From assembly GCA_944363675.1 (NCBI GenBank), contig CALVUT010000084.1, positions 1 to 46,371 on the forward strand: DNA of 46,371 nt, read 5' to 3'. The number at the start of each line of letters is the position of its first letter. Position 1 is the stretch's first letter. This DNA comes from an uncultured Bacilli bacterium. Its GTDB lineage: Bacteria; Bacillota_I; Bacilli_A; RF39; UBA660. A program made the position numbers and the translations under genes. A model generated the notes under the pieces. It made no database searches, had not been told where the DNA came from, and saw nothing but the letters and a program-made list of their open reading frames with translations. Positions 17,952-26,520 of this stretch are shown here, one piece after another.

Positions 17952-19283
17952 ATGGCTCCAGAATACATGACTATCACGGCCATAAACCAATTTATAAAAA
18001 ATATGTTTGATAGTAATACTTATTTAAAAAAAGTCTATTTAAAAGGAGAAATTAGCAATTTTAAACATCACACTTCGGGACACTTATATCTAACTTTAAA
18101 AGACGATGACTCGCGAATCAGTGCGATTATGTTCCGTAGTGCCGCGGCATCTTTAAACTTTGTGCCCGAAGATGGCATGAATGTCTTAGTAACAGGCCGC
18201 ATCAGTGTTTATCCTAATGGTGGAAACTATCAAATTTATATTGATAAAATGGAACAAGATGGTCTAGGTAATCTTTATATAGAATTTGAAAAACTTAAAA
18301 AGAAGTTACAAATCGAAGGCTTGTTTGATCCCAATCACAAACAACCCCTACCAAAATTTCCAACAAAAATTGGAATTGTAACTGCTCCCACAGGGGCAGC
18401 TATAAAAGATATATTAAGTACGTTAAAAAGACGTTTTCCCTTATGTGAAACAATTCTTTTCCCAGCGCTAGTCCAAGGTGTTTCTGCAGCAAGCGATATC
18501 GCCAAGAAGATCAAAATGGCAGATTCTTATGATCTAGATGTCTTGATCGTAGGTCGCGGTGGGGGTTCTATCGAAGACTTATGGGCTTTTAATGAGGAAA
18601 TTGTTGCGCGAGCAATCTATAATGCTAAAACACCGATAATCAGTGCTGTCGGTCACGAAATCGATTTTACCATTGCTGATTATGTTGCGGACAGAAGAGC
18701 TCCGACGCCTACAGCCGCAGCAGAAATGGCTGTGCCTACACTAGAAGAAGTATCCTCACTTTTTGCTTCTAAGCAAAGTGAAATCACTCATTTATTTCAT
18801 AACAAAATTGAACAGGCTAAACACGCATTAGACAGCTTAAAAAAACACTATATCTTAAAAAATCCAATGGTTTTATATGAAATGAAAATCCAACGTTTAG
18901 ATACAATGACTGAAGAGATTTATAAAGCCATTCAAAGATTTATGGAGAAAAAAGCCAATACTTTAAAGGAAATAAAAAAAAGCTACATTTTACAAAATCC
19001 TGCCGTATTGTATAAAGAACAGACAAATGCTTTAGAAATCGTAAAAACGAATCTAGGCAAAACCATTCAAACGATATTAAAAGATTACAATCAAAAAATG
19101 CAGAATATCGTTCAAACCGTGAAATTAGTAAATCCCTTAAATATTTTAGATAAAGGTTATTCTGTAGTCTACAAAGAAAATACCATTATCAAAAGTATTC
19201 GAGATGTACAAATAAAAGATACCTTAAGTGTGCGCTTAAGCGAAGGAAAAATGAAAGTAGAAGTAAAGGAGATAAAAGAATGA
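17952..19283 (+). CDS. xseA: Exodeoxyribonuclease VII large subunit
   Basis: N-terminal OB fold (VYLKGEISNFKHHTSGHLYLTLKD) and catalytic core (GRGGGSIEDLWAFNEE...SAVGHEIDFTIADYVAD.RAPTPTAAAE). ATGA overlap with xseB. Confidence 0.92.
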   Translation: MAPEYMTITAINQFIKNMFDSNTYLKKVYLKGEISNFKHHTSGHLYLTLKDDDSRISAIMFRSAAASLNFVPEDGMNVLVTGRISVYPNGGNYQIYIDKMEQDGLGNLYIEFEKLKKKLQIEGLFDPNHKQPLPKFPTKIGIVTAPTGAAIKDILSTLKRRFPLCETILFPALVQGVSAASDIAKKIKMADSYDLDVLIVGRGGGSIEDLWAFNEEIVARAIYNAKTPIISAVGHEIDFTIADYVADRRAPTPTAAAEMAVPTLEEVSSLFASKQSEITHLFHNKIEQAKHALDSLKKHYILKNPMVLYEMKIQRLDTMTEEIYKAIQRFMEKKANTLKEIKKSYILQNPAVLYKEQTNALEIVKTNLGKTIQTILKDYNQKMQNIVQTVKLVNPLNILDKGYSVVYKENTIIKSIRDVQIKDTLSVRLSEGKMKVEVKEIKE

Positions 19284-19513
19284 AAGAAATTACATTTGAA
19301 AGTGCATTAAAAGATTTAGAAGTGATTATTAAAGACTTAGAAAGTGGCAATATCCCATTAGAAGAGGCTATCACAAAATATACAGATGCCATGAATCTAG
19401 TAAAATTATGTCAAGAAAAACTAGACAAAGCCACAGAACAAGTCAATAAAATTATTGGTGAAAATGGTGAACTTCAAGATTTTAAAACAGAGGAAGGGGA
19501 TACAAATGGCTAA
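19280..19513 (+). CDS. xseB: Exodeoxyribonuclease VII small subunit
   Basis: 77 aa with FE.AL.DLE.II..LE.G...LEEA pattern. Translationally coupled to xseA. Confidence 0.85.
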   Translation: MKEITFESALKDLEVIIKDLESGNIPLEEAITKYTDAMNLVKLCQEKLDKATEQVNKIIGENGELQDFKTEEGDTNG

Positions 19514-20924
19514 AACGGTTGAAAAAATTACAGATCGTGATCAAGACTTTGCCAGTTGGTATACAGATGTAGTTCGAGTGGCAGATTTAATCAGTTATTC
19601 ATCAGTAAAAGGCAGTATGATAATAAGGCCTTATGGTTATGCAATCTGGGAAAACATGCAAAGTATATTAGATAAAGAATTTAAAAAGCTAGGCCATCAA
19701 AATGTCCAAATGCCTATGTTTATCCCAGAATCATTACTAAATATTGAAAAAGAACATGTCAAAGGTTTTGCCCCAGAAGTAGCGTGGGTTACACAAGGAG
19801 GGGATACTCCTTTAGAAGAAAGAATGTGTGTTCGACCTACAAGTGAAACTCTTTTCTGCGAACACTTTAAAAACATTGTGAAATCCTACCGCGATTTACC
19901 CATTTTATATAATCAATGGTGTACTATCGTTCGTTGGGAAAAAACAACAAGGCCTTTTCTAAGAAGCAGAGAGATTCTTTGGCAAGAAGGACATACCTTA
20001 CACCGTACTGCTAAAGAAGCCAAAGAAGAAACACTTAGAATGTTTAAAGTTTATGAAGATTTTCAAAGAAATGTTTTAGCTTTACCAGTCATTACCGGCA
20101 AAAAAACGGAAAAAGAAAAATTTGCTGGTGCAGAAGAAACCTATACTTTAGAAGCAATGATGTATGATGGCGTAGCTTTACAAAATGGGACCAGCCATTA
20201 TTTTGGAAATCACTTTGCTAAAGCTTTCCACATTGAATATTTAGATGCCGATAATACGTGGAAAACACCATTTCAAACAAGTTGGGGTGTTTCAACACGA
20301 ATGATTGGCGCTTTGATCATGACTCACGGAGATAATCATGGTCTAGTATTACCACCGGCTATTGCTCCGATAAAGGTAGTATTCATTCCTATCCAAGAAA
20401 CTGAAAAAGTCTATGAAGCCATTGATCGTTTAACCCAAGAATTTCCCGAAGAGATCACCTTTGAAATAGATCGTTCAGGAAAATCTCCAGGTTATAAATT
20501 TGCCGAAGCAGAAGTAAGAGGAATACCACTACGCATTGAAGTCGGCTTAAGAGACTTAGAAAAGAAAGAAGTAACCATAACCCGTCGTGATACTCTAGAA
20601 AAAGAAACAGTAAAACTAGAAGAGGTAACTGCTGAGGTAATCCGCCTTTTACCAACAATTCAAAAAGAAATGTATGATAGAGCATTAAAACGCCGTGATT
20701 CCATGATCTATGAAGTAGACAACAAAGAAGATTTTATAAAAACAGCCAAGGAAAAACCAGGATTCATTCTTATTCCTTGGTGTGGCAAGACAGAATGTGA
20801 AGAGAAAATTAAAGAAGAAACAGGTCTAAAAAGTCGTTGTATTAAAGAAGACATTGATACAGGTGTATGTGCTTACTGTGGGAAAAAAGCAAAACATAAA
20901 ATTTATTTTGGTAAACAATATTAA
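19506..20924 (+). CDS. proS: Proline--tRNA ligase, archaeal/eukaryote-like type
   Basis: Start at MAKTVEKITDRDQDFASWYTDVV (ATG 19506, overlapping the xseB stop). Class II motifs (RPTSET, FLRSREILWQEGHT). C-terminal Zn-type CxxC...CxxC, ending ...FGKQY. Confidence 0.9.
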   Translation: MAKTVEKITDRDQDFASWYTDVVRVADLISYSSVKGSMIIRPYGYAIWENMQSILDKEFKKLGHQNVQMPMFIPESLLNIEKEHVKGFAPEVAWVTQGGDTPLEERMCVRPTSETLFCEHFKNIVKSYRDLPILYNQWCTIVRWEKTTRPFLRSREILWQEGHTLHRTAKEAKEETLRMFKVYEDFQRNVLALPVITGKKTEKEKFAGAEETYTLEAMMYDGVALQNGTSHYFGNHFAKAFHIEYLDADNTWKTPFQTSWGVSTRMIGALIMTHGDNHGLVLPPAIAPIKVVFIPIQETEKVYEAIDRLTQEFPEEITFEIDRSGKSPGYKFAEAEVRGIPLRIEVGLRDLEKKEVTITRRDTLEKETVKLEEVTAEVIRLLPTIQKEMYDRALKRRDSMIYEVDNKEDFIKTAKEKPGFILIPWCGKTECEEKIKEETGLKSRCIKEDIDTGVCAYCGKKAKHKIYFGKQY

Positions 20925-20964
20925 AAAAATAGTAGCGAAGACATTGTCTAGCTACTATTTTTTC
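20925..20964. terminator. Bidirectional terminator between proS and spoIVB
   Basis: aaaaatagtagc-(14 nt)-gctactattttt has a 12 bp stem with A/T runs on both sides. Confidence 0.6.
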
Positions 20965-20974
20965 TTGTTTTGCC

Positions 20975-21961
20975 TTACTCTAAAACCTCATCACCAGTTT
21001 CAAGCATCGTTGTAATGAATATGCCATATCCAGTGGTCGGATTATCTACAATCACATGCGTAACAGCTCCAATGAGTTTCCCATTTTGAACGATAGGTGA
21101 ACCACTCATACCTTGCACAATTCCCCCAGCTTTCTGTAAAAGTTCTTCATCAGTAATTTGAAAAGAGATATTTTTTACATCACTGAATTCTTGAATACTA
21201 GTAATTTCAATGGCGTATTCTTTCTTTTCGTTACCATCTAAAACCGTATAAATGGATGCTTCTCCAACTTGCACATCTTCTTTAGAACCCACTTCAATCG
21301 TCTTTTCATTCATCCTCGATGAGTAGACTCCATAAATACCATGATTTGTGTTTGTTCTTAAATCTCCATATGTATTGCGAATAAAAAACTCGGCATTTTT
21401 TTCACCAGCATTTCCCGTACTGCTCTTGCGAATACTTGTGACTTCACTTTCAAAAATAGACCCTGTTTTCACTTCTACTTGTTTTGTACTTGTACTTTCT
21501 AAAATCTCATGGCCAAGCGCCCCGTAAACTTTTGTGCCGGGATCAATATAAGTTAAAGTACCGATACCGGTAATACTATCCTTGACGTATAAACCGGTCT
21601 TATAAATTCCATCGACAAGCTCCAAGTTCATTGTAAGAACAATTTCCTTATTATCACGCAAAACTGTCATTTGAATTGAACTATCCCGTACTTCCTTTTC
21701 AATTGTAGAAGTAAGTTCATCAATGGTTTCGACAGGTGTATCATTGATCTTAATGATATAATCGCCAATTTGAATTTCAGGCGTACCTTTTAAATATTCA
21801 CCATTTACTCGATAAAAGCCAATAACCATAACTCCAGGAGTTTCAATATGAATACCTATATTTTCGCCCCCTAAAATGACTTTATTAGAATAAGCCCAGA
21901 CAAAACTAGGACTGCAAAGGAAAAAAAATAACATTAAAAACCATACTTTAAACTTTTTCAT
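20975..21961 (-). CDS. spoIVB: SpoIVB peptidase (S55 family, PDZ + serine peptidase)
   Basis: Signal anchor, PDZ region (GDYIIKINDTPVETIDEL), GTLTYIDP..YGALGHEI, catalytic Ser context GMSGSPIVQNGKLIGAVTHV. Confidence 0.8.
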   Translation of the reverse strand: MKKFKVWFLMLFFFLCSPSFVWAYSNKVILGGENIGIHIETPGVMVIGFYRVNGEYLKGTPEIQIGDYIIKINDTPVETIDELTSTIEKEVRDSSIQMTVLRDNKEIVLTMNLELVDGIYKTGLYVKDSITGIGTLTYIDPGTKVYGALGHEILESTSTKQVEVKTGSIFESEVTSIRKSSTGNAGEKNAEFFIRNTYGDLRTNTNHGIYGVYSSRMNEKTIEVGSKEDVQVGEASIYTVLDGNEKKEYAIEITSIQEFSDVKNISFQITDEELLQKAGGIVQGMSGSPIVQNGKLIGAVTHVIVDNPTTGYGIFITTMLETGDEVLE

Positions 21962-22000
21962 CTTTATCACCTAAGATTATTATGGCTTTTTAAGTCAAAT

Positions 22001-22032
22001 AAAAAATGGTAATTCTTGTAAATACCATTTTT
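22001..22032. terminator. Stem-loop between the 31 aa ORF and spoIVB
   Basis: aaaaatggta-(11 nt)-taccattttt has a 10 bp stem flanked by A/T runs. Confidence 0.5.
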
Positions 22033-22126
22033 AAGCAATAGCATAAGCTAAAATGCCACCCGCGATACCTAAAACCATAATAATTAAAGTAATCCAAGTT
22101 ACAATTTTTCGTGTCCTTTTATTCAT
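22031..22126 (-). CDS. Candidate 31 aa single-TM micro-protein
   Basis: Not in the ORF track because it is under 60 aa. RBS gtgagg lies 7 nt before the ATG. Sequence MNKRTRKIVTWITLIIMVLGIAGGILAYAIA* has a basic N-terminus plus one TM helix, and a terminator follows. Confidence 0.4.
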   Translation of the reverse strand: MNKRTRKIVTWITLIIMVLGIAGGILAYAIA

Positions 22127-22201
22127 AATCTAACCTCACTTTTTCCTTAATAATTTATCATAATTTTATGGGTTTGTAAATATACTTTTGTAGGTGACAC
22201 T

Positions 22202-22780
22202 ATGGATAAAATAAAAGAATACTGCCGTAAAAAACGCTTTTTACTTCTATTTTTGGCTGTTTTATTTCTTTTTGGTATGATCATTGGCATATATTTAGGC
22301 ATTAATGGTATAGAAATACTTAAACAAGACATTTTATATTACGCCTCTAACATTGCCGGCCAATCCTATAACTATTTGCTTGTTCACTTCTTTTTCTTAA
22401 CAATAAGTTTAGTATTATCCTTCTTCGCTATTGGTATTCCACTTTTATGTACGATTCTTTTTTACGAAGGTATGTGTCTAGGCTTTCTTTTAAGTGCTTT
22501 TGCTTTAACCTATAGTCTTAAAGGGGCTTTCTTTGCCGTCATTTTCTTTATTTTAACAAAATTATTCTTTGTCGTCATCTTGCTTTTATTCTTCCTAAAA
22601 TGCCTTGAAATCGCTCGAAAAATGCTTGGAAAATACATCTACAAAACCGATCCAAGTCTTGCCATATCCAAACATTTAAAAGCTTGTTTCTGCCTTATCG
22701 GACTTGTTTTAATCTATGATTTATTTCTAATAATTTTAGGAAACAAAATTTTACCCTTATTTTCCTTCCTACTTGCTTAG
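22202..22780 (+). CDS. Stage II sporulation protein M-like integral membrane protein
   Basis: 192 aa polytopic protein with SpoIIM-like size and topology (RFLLLFLAVLFLFGMIIGIYL...). Divergent from spoIVB. Assignment by resemblance only. Confidence 0.45.
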   Translation: MDKIKEYCRKKRFLLLFLAVLFLFGMIIGIYLGINGIEILKQDILYYASNIAGQSYNYLLVHFFFLTISLVLSFFAIGIPLLCTILFYEGMCLGFLLSAFALTYSLKGAFFAVIFFILTKLFFVVILLLFFLKCLEIARKMLGKYIYKTDPSLAISKHLKACFCLIGLVLIYDLFLIILGNKILPLFSFLLA

Positions 22781-22834
22781 ACTGGACTTCTTTCCTTGTT
22801 TTTGCTAAAATAAAACAAGAAAAGAGGAGTAGAT

Positions 22835-23950
22835 ATGGCGAAAAAAGTGATCGTTGGAATGAGTGGGGGAGTAGACTCTGCAGTCAGCGCTTTCTTATTA
22901 AAACAACAAGGCTATGAAGTAGAAGGCTTATTCATGCGCAACTGGGATGCTAGCTTAAATAACGATATCTTAGGAAATCCTACCTTACAAGAATACATAT
23001 GTCCTCAAGAACAAGACTACAATGATGCAAAAAAAACTTGTGAAATCTTAAATATTCCATTACATCGCGTTGATTTCATCAAAGAATATTGGGATAATGT
23101 CTTTACCTATTTTTTAGAAGAATTAAAAAAAGGAAGAACTCCAAACCCAGATTTACTTTGCAATAAATATATTAAATTTGATCTTTTTAAAAAAGAAGCT
23201 ATAAAACTAGGTGCCGATTATATGGCTACAGGACACTATGCAAGATTAGAAGGAAATCGGTTACTAAGAGGAGTAGATCAAAATAAGGATCAAACGTATT
23301 TTTTAGCTCAATTAACGCCGAATCAACTTCAAAATGTCCTATTTCCTGTTGGTAATCTTACCAAAGAAGAAGTACGTCAGATTGCCAAAGAACAAGGCTT
23401 AAATGTCGCGACGAAAAAAGATTCCACCGGTATCTGTTTCATAGGTGAACGAAATTTCCAAGAGTTTATTAAAAACTATTTACAACCAAATCCCGGCAAG
23501 ATTATCGATGTTAAAACCAAAAAAGTTATTGGAACACACACTGGACTTATGAATTATACAATCGGTCAACGAAGAAATGTAGGATTATCTGGTTTTCAAG
23601 AAAGACATTATGTGTGTGGTAAAAGCGTTAGTAAAAACGAATTATATGTTGCCTTTGGCGAAGATAGTGAATATTTAATCAGTGATGAATGTCTGCTTGA
23701 AAACGTTAATTTAATTAGTAGTACTCATCCAACCTTTTGTACAGCTAAATTCCGCTACCGCGGTAAAGACTACTCCGTTACTGTAGAATATTTAGAAAAC
23801 AATGAAGCCAAAATCATGTACCCTGAAGGTGTAGCTGCGGTTACTCCAGGTCAATTCTGTGTGCTTTACTTAGGGGAAGAATGCCTCGGCAGTGGGGTAA
23901 TTAAAGAAGTGAGAAAAAATGGTTCAAAATTATGGTATATAAACGATTAA
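22835..23950 (+). CDS. mnmA: tRNA 2-thiouridine(34) synthase MnmA
   Basis: PP-loop VGMSGGVDSAV, NPDLLCN, ATGHYAR, KDQTYFL, KDSTGICFIG. Confidence 0.92.
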   Translation: MAKKVIVGMSGGVDSAVSAFLLKQQGYEVEGLFMRNWDASLNNDILGNPTLQEYICPQEQDYNDAKKTCEILNIPLHRVDFIKEYWDNVFTYFLEELKKGRTPNPDLLCNKYIKFDLFKKEAIKLGADYMATGHYARLEGNRLLRGVDQNKDQTYFLAQLTPNQLQNVLFPVGNLTKEEVRQIAKEQGLNVATKKDSTGICFIGERNFQEFIKNYLQPNPGKIIDVKTKKVIGTHTGLMNYTIGQRRNVGLSGFQERHYVCGKSVSKNELYVAFGEDSEYLISDECLLENVNLISSTHPTFCTAKFRYRGKDYSVTVEYLENNEAKIMYPEGVAAVTPGQFCVLYLGEECLGSGVIKEVRKNGSKLWYIND

Positions 23951-24092
23951 AATGGCGTAGCAAAAGCTATATCTTACTTGCAACAACACATACAGGCATT
24001 TCCAACAAATAAAATTAAAACATCAGCAAATTCTATTGAAACACTTGCCTATACCAACCAAGCAACGACCAAAAAAATAACCCGACCAATAA

Positions 24093-24341
24093 CAGAGCAA
24101 GAAGGGCTTTGAAAAACAAATTGAAGAAGGCATAAAAAAGTATCCTTTTTATTCAATTTTATAGTACAAAGCTTTACATAATTTAAGTAATGAAGAAAGA
24201 CTTGAACTCCTTCAAAATCCCAATCTTTACCAAGAACTACAGGAAACAATAATTAACTACATCAATTATATAAAAGAAAAAATCAAAGAATACCAAGCAA
24301 TAATAAAATCATTATTAGGCCAAAAAGAATCCGATAATTAA
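24093..24341 (+). pseudogene. Decayed ORF remnant (no start codon, internal in-frame TAG)
   Basis: One frame reads QSKKGFEKQIEEGIKKYPFYSIL*YKALHNLSNEERLELLQNPNLYQELQETIINYINYIKEKIKEYQAIIKSLLGQKESDN*. It has a TAG at 24162-24164, no Met, and a TAA immediately upstream. A weak hairpin (atccga...tcggat) plus T-run follows. Confidence 0.35.
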
Positions 24342-24378
24342 TACAACTCGGATTTTTTTAATTTTGCTTGACTAACGC

Positions 24379-24408
24379 TTGACATAAAAGTGTTAACTAT
24401 CTTATAAT
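24379..24408 (+). promoter_or_regulatory. Sigma-A-type promoter of the HTH gene
   Basis: TTGACA (24379-24384), 18 nt spacer, TATAAT (24403-24408). GCTTGAC occurs twice in tandem just here. Confidence 0.5.
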
Positions 24409-24441
24409 GAATATGTAAATAAAAGAGAGTAGGCATGAAAT

Positions 24442-25236
24442 ATGAATAAATTAAACGAACTATTACAAGAATTAGGAATTTCGAAAGTGAGATTAGCTAA
24501 ATACTTAGGCGTATCTCGTCAAATGGTATATAATTACTTAGAATTAGATGATATAAATAAATGGCCAAAAGAAAAGAAAATATTGTTATATAAACTGCTT
24601 GATATTTCCAATGATGATCCAAATCCTTTTGGTCACATTAAAGTGACAACAGACTACCTTATGAGTGTAGAAAATCGCTTAAATCAAAGCATGAAGAGTG
24701 GGGGAGGAGTAGATACCTTTGTTGATTTAAAAAACTTAAACAAAGAATCTCAAACCCTTGTTACAAATATTGTAAATCTTCTTCGAGAACGCTTAAGCGA
24801 TGATAAAAAAAAGGAAGAAAATTATTACGCATTTCTATATTTGTATCATATGTTACAATCTATGGATAATGTTCCTGAAATCAAATATATCTTTGGATAC
24901 ATGTCAAAAGCAACGGGTTTCACTAATCCTGAAGAATTCAAATTCAATGAAGACAAGCAATTCATCTTTGAAGGCATCCTTTACTCTGCCCTAACGCTTT
25001 ACAACAATGGGGGAGCCTCTCGTAGCAAATTGACCCTATCTCATCGTCGTTTTGTTCAAGAGATTGAAAAACAAAAGGAAGAAAAACTAGGTAGAACCCA
25101 ACAACTTTTCACGTATCGTGATCAAGCTCTAAAAGAATTAGGCTATGCGGAAATGAACAATGAAAACGCTGCAGAAATTATTGAAAAAATTGCAGAAATT
25201 GAATCTCGAGGATCAATATTAAGTACAAATGAATAA
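24442..25236 (+). CDS. HTH (XRE-like) domain protein with an unassigned ~200 aa C-terminal region
   Basis: N-terminal LNELLQELGISKVRLAKYLGVSRQMVYNYLE is a helix-turn-helix. No motif recognised in the rest. Own promoter and terminator. Confidence 0.6.
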   Translation: MNKLNELLQELGISKVRLAKYLGVSRQMVYNYLELDDINKWPKEKKILLYKLLDISNDDPNPFGHIKVTTDYLMSVENRLNQSMKSGGGVDTFVDLKNLNKESQTLVTNIVNLLRERLSDDKKKEENYYAFLYLYHMLQSMDNVPEIKYIFGYMSKATGFTNPEEFKFNEDKQFIFEGILYSALTLYNNGGASRSKLTLSHRRFVQEIEKQKEEKLGRTQQLFTYRDQALKELGYAEMNNENAAEIIEKIAEIESRGSILSTNE

Positions 25237-25241
25237 AATAA

Positions 25242-25271
25242 AAATTCATCCCATATAAGGATGATTTTTTT
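25242..25271 (+). terminator. Rho-independent terminator
   Basis: attcatcc-catataa-ggatgat followed by ttttttt. Confidence 0.6.
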
Positions 25272-25356
25272 AAATAACTATTTTGTAACAAAATGAACAA
25301 CTATACAAGAAACGAAATTTCGATGCAAATTACAATTGTATTTTTGTCTTCTACAA

Positions 25357-25384
25357 AAGTTGCATAATGTATATTATGTAAACT
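25357..25384 (+). other. dif: dif chromosome-dimer resolution site (XerC/XerD target)
   Basis: AAGTTGCATAA-TGTATA-TTATGTAAACT. The right arm is identical to the B. subtilis dif XerD arm TTATGTAAACT. The central TGTATA and GCATAA are identical to E. coli dif (GGTGCGCATAA-TGTATA-TTATGTTAAAT). It lies in a non-coding stretch at the point where gene orientation converges. Confidence 0.75.
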
Positions 25385-25682
25385 AGTATAAGTTAGGAAA
25401 TATACTTTTTGTGGCACGATGCATAAAGATCAAAGTCATTATCATCACATTTGAAACACCTCAAAACTAAAGATTATACTTGTTAAACTTACGATAATAA
25501 CTAGCAGACGAAATATATTGGACCACATTCAGAAACAAACGTTTGTTTTTTGCTAATGTAGCCAGAATATAAATTTCTTAAATATCTCATATCGGCACTT
25601 GATAAAACCAATTTCTTTTTCTTAATCATATTCAGATAATATATATTCAAAGAAAAAGGGAAAACTCCCCTTCTCCGCTAAC

Positions 25683-26438
25683 TTAAAAAACAAAATGATT
25701 AATAAATAGTAATAAAATACCTAAAAGAAAACCGAGTAAAATGTAGCTATTCTCATGATATTTTAAAGCTTTAGGTAATAACTCATGGATAGCTAGAGTA
25801 ATCATAAGTCCAGCTACAAAAACAAGAATAAAACCAATCATCGTATCGGTAATAAACTTACGCAAGAAAACAAACGCTAAAAAGGCGCCTAAAGGTTCAG
25901 CAAGTCCAGATAAAAATGTCATAAAAACAGCTTTTTTCTTTGAACCTGTCGCATAATAGATAGGTACAGCAATGCTGATTCCTTCTGGAATATTATGGAG
26001 CATAATGGCAAGACTAATTTTAAAACCCAATTCCATATTCTGATAACTACTCAAAAAGGTTACAATTCCTTCCGGAAGATTATGAAGCATTAAGGCTAGC
26101 ATCGAAAGAATTCCAAGACGATACAAATCCAAATCACTACCACTACTCTTCTCTATTTTACGATTCAAAAAATAAACACTAAAAATACCAATAGCAAAAA
26201 CCACAACAGCAAGAAAAATACCTTTAACAAGTTTATAACGGATTAAAATACTTAAACTCGCCTCCGGAATAAGTTCTGTAATGGAAATACCAATCATAAT
26301 GATTAAAGAAAGGCTTAAACAGAACGTAATAAATTTATTAATTTGTTCTCGCTTCCATTTTTTAAAAATAACTACCGAGCCCAAAACAGTAGAAAGTCCA
26401 GCAATACTTGAAATAAGAAGCGGCATAACGTAGCTCAT
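25683..26438 (-). CDS. zupT: ZIP family zinc transporter (ZupT-like)
   Basis: Polytopic protein with paired HNLPEG and HNIPEG motifs. Start taken at MSYVMPLL (ATG 26438) after gggtga. Confidence 0.8.
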   Translation of the reverse strand: MSYVMPLLISSIAGLSTVLGSVVIFKKWKREQINKFITFCLSLSLIIMIGISITELIPEASLSILIRYKLVKGIFLAVVVFAIGIFSVYFLNRKIEKSSGSDLDLYRLGILSMLALMLHNLPEGIVTFLSSYQNMELGFKISLAIMLHNIPEGISIAVPIYYATGSKKKAVFMTFLSGLAEPLGAFLAFVFLRKFITDTMIGFILVFVAGLMITLAIHELLPKALKYHENSYILLGFLLGILLLFINHFVF

Positions 26439-26520
26439 AGAATCACCCAAATCATTTTATGCCTTTTCAGTGAAAATATTCTATGTTAAAATAAAAATTA
26501 CCAAAGAAAAGAGGAAACAC

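Noticed and set aside
9100-20685. Other embedded ORFs (9100-9396, 11343-11630, 11581-11763, 11749-11970, 12572-12784, 13871-14152, 15572-15769, 17128-17430, 19189-19392, 20455-20685).
   Set aside because: They overlap better-supported genes on the opposite strand or in another frame, and have no start signals or recognisable motifs.
24172-24199. Second dif-like half site (GCTTTACATAA matches the reverse complement of the XerD arm at 9/11), which could delimit an integrated IMEX.
   Set aside because: It is inverted relative to dif. Its central region and other arm do not match (5/11). A 9-mer of this A/T composition is expected by chance in about 92 kb of two-strand AT-rich sequence.
24049-24249. 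66 aa minus-strand ORF in the islet left of the HTH gene.
   Set aside because: It has no RBS or motif. The + strand here carries the more protein-like (though broken) frame, so this is probably a chance ORF in decayed DNA.
25501-25629. 42-codon minus-strand ORF (MIKKKKLVLSSADMRYLRNLYSGYISKKQTFVSECGPIYFVC*) as a real small gene.
   Set aside because: There is no RBS. The downstream sequence continues protein-like in another frame, so it looks like part of a broken larger gene rather than a functional micro-ORF.
25628-25655. TATTCAGATAA-TATATA-TTCAAAGAAAA as an additional dif-like site.
   Set aside because: Only the A/T-rich centre resembles dif. The arms match the B. subtilis site at 6/11 and 4/11.
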